A stretch of DNA of 64,000 bases, from assembly GCA_963759905.1 (NCBI GenBank), contig CAVXBD010000002.1:7673-71672 (forward strand), given 5' to 3'. The stretch is from an uncultured Actinomycetota bacterium (GTDB lineage Bacteria > Actinomycetota > Actinomycetes > Mycobacteriales > Geodermatophilaceae). The notes beneath the pieces were generated by a model. That model saw only the letters and a list, made by a program, of their open reading frames with translations. It searched no databases and had not been told where the DNA came from. Shown here piece by piece: positions 52,025 to 60,569 of this stretch. Position 1 is the stretch's first letter, and each line of letters begins with the position of its first letter. The translations under genes were made by a program, and so were the position numbers.

Positions 52025-54256
52025 GTGGCCAGCCACCGCAGCATCGACACCTCCCCGCGGACCGGACGCCGGCGGCTGCGCTGGCTGCTGCCGGCCCTGC
52101 TGGTGCTGGGCTGGCTCGCCCTGTCCGGGGTGGCCGGGCCGTACAGCGGCCGACTGGCCGAGGTGCAGTCCAACGACAACAGCCAGTTCCTGCCGGCCGA
52201 CGCCGAGTCCCAGCGGGTGGCCGAGCTGTCCGCCGGGTTCAGCGACACCCGCGCCTTCCCCGCCTACCTGCTGCTGGAGTCCGACACCCCGCTCACCCCG
52301 GCCCAGCTGACCGATCTCGCCGCGTTCGCCGAGTCCGTGCCCGACCTGGCCGTGCCGGTCACCGGGGGGGCGGACCAGCTGGTCGGGGACTTCCTGGTGC
52401 CCGGACCCATCCCGGTGGTGCCCAGCCAGGACGGGCTGGCGGCACTGGCGCTGGTCAACTTCGACGCCGCCGAGCTGTCGGCGTCGCTGCCGGACGGCGA
52501 GAGCCCGATCACCGTGGCCGTGCAGCAGATCCGGGACGGCGCCGCAGCCCTCGCCGGGGGCGGGGTGGCCGTCTACACCGCCGGCCCGGCGGCCACCATC
52601 GCCGACCTGGTGACGGCGTTCGGCGGGATCGACGGCACCCTGCTGCTGGTCGCCGGGATCGCGGTGCTGCTCATCCTGCTGGTGGTCTACCGCAGCCCGG
52701 TGCTGCCCTTCTTCGTGCTCCTCACCGCGGGTTTCGCGCTGACCACCGCCAGCCTGGTGGTCTACCTGCTGGCCGACGCCGGCATCGTCACCCTGGACGG
52801 CCAGGGCCAGGGCATCCTGTCGATCCTGGTGGTGGGTGCGGCCACCGACTACTCGCTGCTGCTGGTGGCGCGCTACCGGGAGGAGCTGCGCCGGCACGAC
52901 GACCGGTACGACGCCATGCGCCGGGCCTGGCGGCAGACCCTGGAACCGGTGGCGGCGTCCGCGGCGACGGTGGTGCTGGGCCTGCTGTGCCTGCTGCTGG
53001 CCGACATCGGCCCCACCCGCGGGCTGGGGCCGGTCGCCGCGGTGGGCATCGTCTCCGCCCTGCTGGCCGCGCTGACCTTCCTGCCGGCGCTGCTGGTGCT
53101 GCCGGGCCGGACGTCGCGGGGCGAGCACGGCCGCTGGGTGTTCTGGCCCGGCGTGCCGCACGTGGGCTCGCAGGGGCCCGAGAGCACCGGGCTGTGGGCC
53201 CGGGTGGCCGGCACGGTGGGCCGTCGCCCGGTCGCCGTGGGGGTGGCCAGCGCGCTGGGCCTGCTGCTGCTGGCCGCCTTCGCGCCCACGCTGCCCACCT
53301 CGGGGGTCTCCCAGTCCGACACCTTCCTGGACCGGGTGGAGTCCGTGGCCGGGGGCGAGGCGCTGGCCCGGCACTTCCCGGCCGGCTCCGGCTCGCCCAC
53401 GCTGGTGGTCGCACCGGCGGCCGACCTGGACGCCGTCACCACCGCGGTGCGGGCTGCCGACGGGGTCGCCGCCGTGCAGCCCACCGCGGACCCCGCCACC
53501 GGTGTCCCGCTGGTCGCCGACGGCCGGGTGCAGCTGCAGGTCACGCTGACCGACCCCGCGGACTCCCCCGCCGCGGAGGACGCCGTCGCCGCGCTGCGCA
53601 CCGATCTGGACCGGGTGGGCGACGACGTCCTGGTGGGCGGGACCACCGCCCAGGCGCTGGACGTGCGGGACTACGCCACTGCCGACCGCAACCGGATCAT
53701 CCCGGTGATCCTGCTGGTCATCTTCGCGGTGCTGGCCGTGCTGCTGCGGTCACTGGTGGCCCCCCTGCTGCTCATCGTGGCCAACGTGCTGTCCTTCGCG
53801 GCCACCCTGGGGGCGGCGGCGCTGGTCTTCGACCACGTGCTGGACCTGCCCGGCGGGGATCCCAGCGTGCCCCTGTACGCCTTCGTCTTCCTGGTCGCGC
53901 TGGGGATCGACTACTCGATCTTCCTGATGACCCGGGTCCGCGAGGAGTCGCTGCTGATCGGTACCCGGCCCGGGGTGCTGCGCGGCCTGGCCGTGACCGG
54001 TGGGGTGATCACCAGCGCCGGGATCGTGCTGGCCGCCACCTTCGCTGCCCTGGGTGTGCTGCCGATCCTGTTCCTGCTGCAGATCGCCTTCCTGGTGGCC
54101 TTCGGCGTGCTGCTGGACACCTTCGTGGTCCGCTCGCTGCTGGTCCCGGCGATGGTCCACCTGCTGGGCCGGCGGGTCTGGTGGCCGCACCCGATGGCGC
54201 GGTCGGACCCGGCGCAGGACACCGAGGGCCAGCCGGAACCGGTCCCGGTCCACTGA
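52025..54256 (+). CDS. MMPL (RND) family transporter
   Basis: GAATDYSLLLVARYREE and ALGIDYSIFLMTRVREE; about 12 TM segments. Confidence 0.94.
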   Translation: MASHRSIDTSPRTGRRRLRWLLPALLVLGWLALSGVAGPYSGRLAEVQSNDNSQFLPADAESQRVAELSAGFSDTRAFPAYLLLESDTPLTPAQLTDLAAFAESVPDLAVPVTGGADQLVGDFLVPGPIPVVPSQDGLAALALVNFDAAELSASLPDGESPITVAVQQIRDGAAALAGGGVAVYTAGPAATIADLVTAFGGIDGTLLLVAGIAVLLILLVVYRSPVLPFFVLLTAGFALTTASLVVYLLADAGIVTLDGQGQGILSILVVGAATDYSLLLVARYREELRRHDDRYDAMRRAWRQTLEPVAASAATVVLGLLCLLLADIGPTRGLGPVAAVGIVSALLAALTFLPALLVLPGRTSRGEHGRWVFWPGVPHVGSQGPESTGLWARVAGTVGRRPVAVGVASALGLLLLAAFAPTLPTSGVSQSDTFLDRVESVAGGEALARHFPAGSGSPTLVVAPAADLDAVTTAVRAADGVAAVQPTADPATGVPLVADGRVQLQVTLTDPADSPAAEDAVAALRTDLDRVGDDVLVGGTTAQALDVRDYATADRNRIIPVILLVIFAVLAVLLRSLVAPLLLIVANVLSFAATLGAAALVFDHVLDLPGGDPSVPLYAFVFLVALGIDYSIFLMTRVREESLLIGTRPGVLRGLAVTGGVITSAGIVLAATFAALGVLPILFLLQIAFLVAFGVLLDTFVVRSLLVPAMVHLLGRRVWWPHPMARSDPAQDTEGQPEPVPVH

Positions 54257-54430
54257 CGCCAGCGGTGCTCCAGCTCCGGGCGGCCGGTGCCGCCCTGGCG
54301 CGGGGGGCTGGCGGTCAACCCTGCCTCCGCCAGGTGCTCCCGGTACCGCCGCGCGGTGATCCGGGAGGCGTCGATCAGCGCACCACGCCGTGGGCGGCGG
54401 TGGCCCGCACCGTGGCCGGCTCCCGGGCCG
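54257..54430 (-). pseudogene. Relic of a CitB/DcuR-type response regulator C-terminal HTH
   Basis: Minus strand GALIDASRITARRYREHLAEAGLTASPPRQGGTGRPELEHRW; no receiver domain, start or own stop. Confidence 0.65.
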
Positions 54431-54542
54431 GGGTCCTCGCCGGCACGTCGGTGTCCCGCCCGGTCACGCGCAACCTCCGGGCGCGGGTGCTGTGGTGTCC
54501 GGGTTGGGTCACCAGCAGCGGGTCGTACGGCACAGTGGCGCC

Positions 54543-56282
54543 GTGATCGCGAGCGGTGAGGGACGGCAGGACCTGTTGGTCGCGGCCGTCGAGGGCATGG
54601 CCCGACCGCTCTTCGTGCTGGCCGAGGACTGGACGGTCAGCTACGTCAACCGGGCCGGGGCGCGGCTGCTGGGGCGGACCGTGGACAAGCTCGAGGGGCG
54701 CAACCTGTGGACGGAGTTCCCGGCCGCGGTCGGCAGCCCGTTCGAGATGCACTACCGGCGGGTGGCCGAGACCGGCGAGCCGGCCTCCTTCGAGGCCCGG
54801 TTCGAGCCGACCGGGGTGTGGTTCCAGGTGGACGCCGTCCGGACCGACGGCGGGGTGGTGGTCACCTACGACGACGTCAGCGAGCGGCACCGCACCGAGG
54901 CGGCCCGGGCGGACGCGGTGCAGGCGCAGGCCGAGGCGGTCCGCCGGGCCGAGCGGACCGGCGAGCACCTCCGCCTCCTGGGGGACATCAGCCACACGCT
55001 CACCCTCACCCAGGACGTCGAGGACGGCGTGGCCCGGCTGGCCGAGCTGTGCATCCCGCTGCTGGCCGACTGGAGCCTGGTCACGCTGGTCACCGGCGGG
55101 ACGCGCCGCGACGTCGGCCGGGCGCACCGCGATCCCACCCTCCGGGGGCAGGTGGACGTCTATGCCGACCTGCGGGCGGCCGGGAACCGTGGCGACGCAC
55201 CGGTGCCGACGTTGTTCCGGGAGGGGCGGCCGGTCGTCATCCAGGAGCTCACCCAGGTGCACCTGGCCACCATGGTCGACGACGCCTCCCGGGCGGCCCT
55301 GGTTCCGCTGGACCCGGGATCCGTGGCTGCCTTCCCGCTGCTGGCCCGGGGGGAGCTGTTCGGGGCGCTCACCCTGGTGCACGACCGCAGCCGAGGTCCG
55401 TTCACCCCCGAGGAGCTGAACACCGCCGAGCTGGCTGCCCGGCGGGCGTCGGTGGTGCTGGACAACGCCCGGCTGGTGGCCGCGCAGGGCCGGGTCGCGG
55501 AGCGGCTGCAGCGCAGCCTGCTCAGCGCCCCGGTCCAGCCCGACCGCCTGGAGATCGCCGTCCGCTACCTGCCCGCCACCGACGGGCTGTCCATCGGCGG
55601 GGACTGGTACGACGCGTTCCTGCAGCCCGACGGGGACACCGTGCTGGTGATCGGTGATGTCTCCGGCCACGACATCGAGGCCGCGGCCGTGATGGCCCAG
55701 CTGAAGACCCTGGTGCGGGCGATCGCCTACGACCGGATCGAGACCCCGGCCCAGGTGCTCCGCCGGGTGGATCTGGCCGTCGCGGGGCTGGACGTGCCGA
55801 CCATGACCACCGCACTGGTGGCCCGGGTGGAGCAGGACGCCGCCGAACGGGTGGCCGGGATCCGCCGATTGCGGTGGTCCACGGCCGGGCACCCGCAACC
55901 GATGCTGCTGCTGGCCGACGGCACGGTGGCCGACCTGGACTGCCCCGTGGGGCCCCCGCTGGGCATCGGGTCGGCCCGGTCGAGGGAGGACGGCGAGGTG
56001 CTGCTGCCGCCGGGCAGCACACTGCTGCTGTGCACCGACGGCCTCTTCGAGCGCCGGGCGACCGGGCTGGACGAGGGCCGCGCGGCCCTGCGGGCGGCCC
56101 TGGCCCGGCAGGCCGGCCGGCCGCTCGGCGCCCTCTGCGACGGGCTGCTGGGCGAGATGCTGTGCGGCCGCGCCGAGGACGACGTCGCCCTGCTGGCGGT
56201 CCGGGCGCACCCGGAGGACCGGCCACGCCCACCCGAGGCCGGGCCGGAGCGGTTGCCGGGAGCGAAGCCGGCCGCTGACTGA
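54543..56282 (+). CDS. PAS-GAF-PP2C (SpoIIE-type) phosphatase
   Basis: YVNRAG..LLG PAS; PLLADW GAF; LQRSLL, IGGDWYD, IGDVSGH, TDGL, DDVAL. Confidence 0.92.
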   Translation: MIASGEGRQDLLVAAVEGMARPLFVLAEDWTVSYVNRAGARLLGRTVDKLEGRNLWTEFPAAVGSPFEMHYRRVAETGEPASFEARFEPTGVWFQVDAVRTDGGVVVTYDDVSERHRTEAARADAVQAQAEAVRRAERTGEHLRLLGDISHTLTLTQDVEDGVARLAELCIPLLADWSLVTLVTGGTRRDVGRAHRDPTLRGQVDVYADLRAAGNRGDAPVPTLFREGRPVVIQELTQVHLATMVDDASRAALVPLDPGSVAAFPLLARGELFGALTLVHDRSRGPFTPEELNTAELAARRASVVLDNARLVAAQGRVAERLQRSLLSAPVQPDRLEIAVRYLPATDGLSIGGDWYDAFLQPDGDTVLVIGDVSGHDIEAAAVMAQLKTLVRAIAYDRIETPAQVLRRVDLAVAGLDVPTMTTALVARVEQDAAERVAGIRRLRWSTAGHPQPMLLLADGTVADLDCPVGPPLGIGSARSREDGEVLLPPGSTLLLCTDGLFERRATGLDEGRAALRAALARQAGRPLGALCDGLLGEMLCGRAEDDVALLAVRAHPEDRPRPPEAGPERLPGAKPAAD

Positions 56283-56288
56283 GCAGCG

Positions 56289-56302
56289 GTTCCACGTGGA
56301 AC
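56289..56302. other. parS-type palindrome (intergenic)
   Basis: GTTCCACGTGGAAC. Confidence 0.8.
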
Positions 56303-56343
56303 GACGGGCGTGGGTCCGCCGTCGGTGCGGTGTCGCTGCCTCC

Positions 56344-57534
56344 TCAGTCCGCGTGCCCCAGCAGGTAGCGGCCGAAGTGCGGCACGGTGAAGGCGATCTG
56401 ACCGCGCTCGGCGGAGTAGACCAGGCCCTTCTTGATCAGGGAGTCCCGGGCCGGGGACAGCGAGGCCGGCTTGCGCCCCAGGGACACCGCGACGTCGGAG
56501 GTGCCCACCGCGGCGCCACTGGGCCCGCCCAGCTCGGCCATCGCGTGCATGTACTCGCGCTCGGCCGGGGTGGCCCGGTCGTACCGGGAGCCGAAGAAGC
56601 CCACGGCCAGCTCGGCTTCCGCGGCCGGCGCGGCCATCGCCACGTCGGCGGCGGTGATCGGGGTGGCCGCCGCGACGTCCCAGGTGACCTTGCCGTAGGC
56701 CTGCACGAAGTAGGGATAGCCATCGGCGGCGGCATACAGCGCGTCCAGGGCGGCGGACTCGAAGGCGACGTCCTCGCGCTCGGCCGGGCCGACCAGCGCG
56801 CGGTCGGCGGCCGGCCGGTCCAACCGGTCGATCCGCAGGTACCGGAAGAGCCGCTCGCTGTAGGACTTCGAGGCGCTGAGCACAGCGGGCAGGTGCGGCA
56901 GCCCCGCACCGACGACGATCAGCGGGGCGCCCTGCTGGGACAGCTCGTGGCAGGCGGCGCAGATGGCGCTCACGTCGTCGGGCTGCACGTCCTGCATCTC
57001 GTCGATGAACAGCGCGATCCCGCTGCCCACGTCGGCGGCCACCCCGGCGGCGTCGGACAGCAGCTCCACCAGGTCGATCTCCATGTCCCCGGAGTCCGCC
57101 CGCCCGGTCGCGGCCGGCACGTCGATGCCGGGCTGCCACCGCTCCCGCACCTTGGCGCCCGGGTCCTGGCGCAACGCGAACGCCTTGACGACGCCGAGCA
57201 CGGCCTCCATCGACTCCTGGTCGCGGTGCCGCGGGCCCAGTTCGCGCAGCGCCATGTGCAGCGCCGCCGACACCGGCCGGCGCAGCGACTGGTCCGGGCG
57301 GGCCTCGATCTTGCCGGTTCCCCACCCCCGGGCGATCGCCGCCGAGCGCAACTGGTTCAGCAGCACCGTCTTGCCCACCCCGCGCAGGCCGGTGAGCACC
57401 AGGGAGCGCTCCGGGCGGCCGTGCGCGATCCGCTCCAGGACGACGTCGAAAGCGCCCAGCTCGGCATCTCGACCGGCCAGCTCGGGGGGGCGCTGCCCGG
57501 CGCCGGGGGCGTACGGGTTCCGCACGGGGTCCAT
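56344..57534 (-). CDS. Uncharacterised AAA+ ATPase with C-terminal winged-helix
   Basis: NPYAPGAG..PPELAGR, Walker A GLRGVGKT, Walker B LFIDEMQ, GYPYFVQ; C-terminal TSDVAVSLG..SLSPARDSLIKKGLVY wHTH pattern. Confidence 0.88.
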   Translation of the reverse strand: MDPVRNPYAPGAGQRPPELAGRDAELGAFDVVLERIAHGRPERSLVLTGLRGVGKTVLLNQLRSAAIARGWGTGKIEARPDQSLRRPVSAALHMALRELGPRHRDQESMEAVLGVVKAFALRQDPGAKVRERWQPGIDVPAATGRADSGDMEIDLVELLSDAAGVAADVGSGIALFIDEMQDVQPDDVSAICAACHELSQQGAPLIVVGAGLPHLPAVLSASKSYSERLFRYLRIDRLDRPAADRALVGPAEREDVAFESAALDALYAAADGYPYFVQAYGKVTWDVAAATPITAADVAMAAPAAEAELAVGFFGSRYDRATPAEREYMHAMAELGGPSGAAVGTSDVAVSLGRKPASLSPARDSLIKKGLVYSAERGQIAFTVPHFGRYLLGHAD

Positions 57535-57544
57535 GTCGTGCACG

Positions 57545-57594
57545 GTATGGCCCGCTCTAGCTCCCGCCGTAGACATCGGTAGAACCGGCTAGCG
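57545..57594. promoter_or_regulatory. Phased dyad array, copy 1 (overlaps the -10 of the AAA+ gene)
   Basis: GTATG-N5-CTCTA-N10-TAGAC-N5-TAGAA-N5-TAGCG. Confidence 0.7.
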
Positions 57595-57620
57595 CGTGTC
57601 GCAGGCTCCCCCGAACCGGG

Positions 57621-57639
57621 CTTTTTCGGGCTCAAGCCC
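57621..57639. repeat. Solo arm of the REP-like element at 49514
   Basis: CTTTTTCGGGCTCAAGCCC identical to 49517-49535. Confidence 0.8.
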
Positions 57640-57650
57640 CTTCTCGCCGG

Positions 57651-57700
57651 GTATGCGGATGTCTAGTCACCAAGGTAGACGGGGGTAGAGGAGGCTAGTG
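57651..57700. promoter_or_regulatory. Phased dyad array, copy 2
   Basis: GTATG-N5-GTCTA-N10-TAGAC-N5-TAGAG-N5-TAGTG. Confidence 0.7.
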
Positions 57701-58352
57701 CCCGCCGGCGTCGGGCCAGCACCAGCAACCCGGCGCCGACGACGGCGAACGGCACCGCACTCAGCAGCAGGGTCAGGCCACCGGAGGTCCCGGCCGTGCC
57801 CACCGTGGCCCCGATGGCCACGTGCAGCACGGTGCCGGGCAGCAGACCGATCGCCGACCCGGTCACGTAGGGCACCCAGCGGATCCCCGACAACCCCGCC
57901 GCATAGCTGACCAGGGTGAACGGGACGACCGGGGTCAGTCGGCCCAGCAGCGTGGACACGAAACCGCGGGAGGTGAGCAGCTGGTCCGCACGGCCCAGCC
58001 GGGGCCCGGCGAGCCGGGTCACCACATCCCGGCCCAGGAGCCGGGCCAGCCCGAACCCGGCCACCGCGCCCAGCACGCCACCGCTGACGGCCACCGCCAG
58101 CCCGCCGCCGAACCCGGCCAGGACCCCGGCCAGGACGCTCAGCGCTGTCCGCGGTACCGGAGCGAGGGTGACCAGCGCGCTCACCGCCACCAACCCCACC
58201 CACCCGGTCGTCCCCGCGTCGTCCAGCCGGGCGCGGGCTGCCGCCACGGAGGGCAGGTCGACGCTGAGGGCCAGCACTCCCCCGGCCAGGACCAGCGCGA
58301 GCAGCAACCCGGCCCTGGCGGCCTGGGCGCGGCTCACCCGGCGCTGTCCCAC
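57663..58352 (-). CDS. TVP38/TMEM64 (DedA/VTT domain) membrane protein
   Basis: PVPRTALSVLAGVLAG, RLTPVVPFTLVSYAAGLS, LLPGT. Confidence 0.88.
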   Translation of the reverse strand: MGQRRVSRAQAARAGLLLALVLAGGVLALSVDLPSVAAARARLDDAGTTGWVGLVAVSALVTLAPVPRTALSVLAGVLAGFGGGLAVAVSGGVLGAVAGFGLARLLGRDVVTRLAGPRLGRADQLLTSRGFVSTLLGRLTPVVPFTLVSYAAGLSGIRWVPYVTGSAIGLLPGTVLHVAIGATVGTAGTSGGLTLLLSAVPFAVVGAGLLVLARRRRALASSTPVYLGD

Positions 58353-58490
58353 TCCCCCAGTCTGCGCCGTCCGGCCGGCAGCGCTGGTCAGTGCACCACC
58401 GGACACCCGTCCGGACCGGCACGGGTGCACAGCAGCGCACCCGCCGAGGCACCGCAGACTGTGCCCCGTGCCCGATCTGCTGACGCCGCC

Positions 58491-59408
58491 GTGACCGGGG
58501 TCCTCTCCGGGTTCCTGGTGATCGGGGTGGTCATCGGGGTCGGCTACCTGGTGGCCCGGCGCGGGGTGCTGGGTCCGCACGCCCAGGAGGTGCTGTCCCG
58601 CACGTCGTTCCTGGTGGCCACCCCCGCGCTGCTGTTCAGCACGCTGTCCCGGGCGGAGCTGGGCGTGGTGCTCTCCCCCGTGCTGCTGGTCACCTCGGCG
58701 GCCGCGGTGCTGGCGATCGCGGTGTTCGCCGCGGTGGGTGCCCGGGCGGGCTGGGGGCTGGGCCGGACGACGATCGGCGCGCTGTCGGCCAGCATGGTCA
58801 ACAGCGCCAACCTGGGCATCCCGATCGCGGTGTTCGTGCTGGGGGACGCCTCGGCGGTGGCGCCGCTGCTGCTGTTCCAGCTGGTGGTGCTGGTGCCCGC
58901 GGCGCTGGTCGTGCTGGACCTGGCCACACCCGGCGCCGGCGCCCCGCTGCGCTACCGGGTGCTGGCGCCGTTCACCAACCCGGTGCTCCTCGCCTCGGCA
59001 CTGGGACTGGCCGTCAGCGCGCTGGGCTGGCAGCTGCCCGGGTTGCTGATGGACCCGATCGAGCTGCTGGGCGGGCTGGCCGTGCCGGCGGTGCTGCTGG
59101 CCTACGGGATCTCGCTGCGGGGCAGCCCGCTGCCCGGCCGGGGCGCGGACCGGGCGCCGGTGCTGACCGCGGTGGCTCTCAAGCTGGTGGGCATGCCGAT
59201 GGCCGGCTGGTTGCTGACCCTGGCGCTCGGGCTGGACAGCCGCACGACCTTCATCTGCGTGGTGCTGTGCGCGCTGCCCGCGGCGCAGAACATCTTCAGC
59301 TATGCGGTGACCTACCGGACCGCGGTCGACCTGGCCCGGGAGACCATCACGCTGACCACCGTGGGCTCGATCCCGGTGCTGCTGGTGGTGGCCGCGCTGC
59401 TGGGCTGA
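58491..59408 (+). CDS. AEC (auxin efflux carrier) family transporter
   Basis: VATPALLF, NSANLGIP, NPV..A, ALKLVGMP, LPAAQN. Confidence 0.9.
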   Translation: MTGVLSGFLVIGVVIGVGYLVARRGVLGPHAQEVLSRTSFLVATPALLFSTLSRAELGVVLSPVLLVTSAAAVLAIAVFAAVGARAGWGLGRTTIGALSASMVNSANLGIPIAVFVLGDASAVAPLLLFQLVVLVPAALVVLDLATPGAGAPLRYRVLAPFTNPVLLASALGLAVSALGWQLPGLLMDPIELLGGLAVPAVLLAYGISLRGSPLPGRGADRAPVLTAVALKLVGMPMAGWLLTLALGLDSRTTFICVVLCALPAAQNIFSYAVTYRTAVDLARETITLTTVGSIPVLLVVAALLG

Positions 59409-59470
59409 GGGCGGCCTACCGTGCACCCCACCGGAGCGCCCCGCCGGAGCACCCGACCGTGAGGAACCCC

Positions 59471-60049
59471 GTGACCGAGCTCGCCCGCACCGCCCGACTC
59501 GACGTGCTGGTGGAGGGCTACGCCCGGATGCCGCAGGTGGCCGGCACGGTCAGCCTGATCCGCGACGCCGGCCGGGTGATCGTCGTCGACCCCGGGATGG
59601 TGGCCGACCGGGACCTGATCCTCGCGCCGCTGGTGGCGCTGGGGGTGCAGCCGGCCGACGTCACCGACATCGTGCTCAGCCACCACCACCTGGACCACAC
59701 GGTCAACATCGCGCTGTTCCCGGTCGTGCCGCTGCACGACGTCGCCTCGATCATCACCGGTGACCACTTCACCCGCCGCGGGGCCGAGGGCGTCCAGTTG
59801 ACGCCCGCGGTACGGCTGCTGGCCACCCCCGGCCACACCCTGCAGGACATCACCACCCTGGTCGGGACGGCCGAGGACGTGGTGGCGCTGACCCACCTGT
59901 GGTGGACCGCCGAGGGACCGGCCGACGACCCCTACACCCCCGACCGCGACGAGCTGCGCCGGCAGCGCGAGCGGGTGCTGGAGCTGGCCACGATGGTCGT
60001 GCCCGGGCACGGCGCGCCCTTCCGGCCCTCGGCCGACACCCCTCGATGA
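59471..60049 (+). CDS. Metallo-beta-lactamase fold hydrolase
   Basis: VVDPG, SHHHLDH, TPGHT, VPGHG. Confidence 0.88.
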   Translation: MTELARTARLDVLVEGYARMPQVAGTVSLIRDAGRVIVVDPGMVADRDLILAPLVALGVQPADVTDIVLSHHHLDHTVNIALFPVVPLHDVASIITGDHFTRRGAEGVQLTPAVRLLATPGHTLQDITTLVGTAEDVVALTHLWWTAEGPADDPYTPDRDELRRQRERVLELATMVVPGHGAPFRPSADTPR

Positions 60050-60053
60050 CTCT

Positions 60054-60093
60054 CTCTACGCATGTCTAGCGCTGGCTGCAGACAGGTGCAGAC
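60054..60093. promoter_or_regulatory. Phased dyad array, copy 3
   Basis: CTCTA-N5-GTCTA-N10-CAGAC-N5-CAGAC. Confidence 0.6.
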
Positions 60094-60182
60094 GACGGCA
60101 TCCAGGGCCCCGGCACCCGCGGTGACCGTGCGGACGGCGTCGTGCGCGCGGGTGGGTGGACGGCGGCGCTAGCGTCTGCGGG

Positions 60183-60569
60183 GTGTCCCCCATCCTGAGG
60201 TTCGGGCTCCGCATCGTCGTGCTGGCCGTGATCATCTACGCGGTCACCCGGCTGGTCAGCGGCATCACCGTGGTCGGCAACACCGAGGGCACCTTCGGGG
60301 TCACCGGCACCTATCTGTGGGTGGCGCTGCTGTTCGCGGTGGTCAACACACTGGTCGGCCCGGTGGTCCGGCTGCTGTCGCTGCCCTTCGTCGTCCTCAC
60401 GCTGGGACTGTTCCTGCTGGTGGTCAACGCGGCACTGCTGGGCCTCACCGCCGCGCTGAGCGACCGGCTGCAGGTGGCGGGCTTCGGCACCGCGGTCGTA
60501 GGCGGGTTCCTGATCGCGCTGTTCAGCTGGATTGCCGAGATGGTGCTGCCCCTGAAGGCCCGCCGCTGA
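60183..60569 (+). CDS. Phage holin-like family (YvlD/DUF360) membrane protein
   Basis: VNTLVGPVVRLLSLPFVVLTLGLFLLVVNA. Confidence 0.85.
   Translation: MSPILRFGLRIVVLAVIIYAVTRLVSGITVVGNTEGTFGVTGTYLWVALLFAVVNTLVGPVVRLLSLPFVVLTLGLFLLVVNAALLGLTAALSDRLQVAGFGTAVVGGFLIALFSWIAEMVLPLKARR

Noticed and set aside
57545-57700. Two similar blocks separated by a spacer, as a possible mini-CRISPR or att site pair
   Set aside because: Identity is confined to 5-6-bp islands at helical spacing, and there are no cas or integrase genes. A protein-binding array fits better.
60183-60569. Phage holin-family gene as evidence of a prophage
   Set aside because: The YvlD/DUF360-type family is common on chromosomes, no other phage genes are nearby, and there is no visible GC shift.
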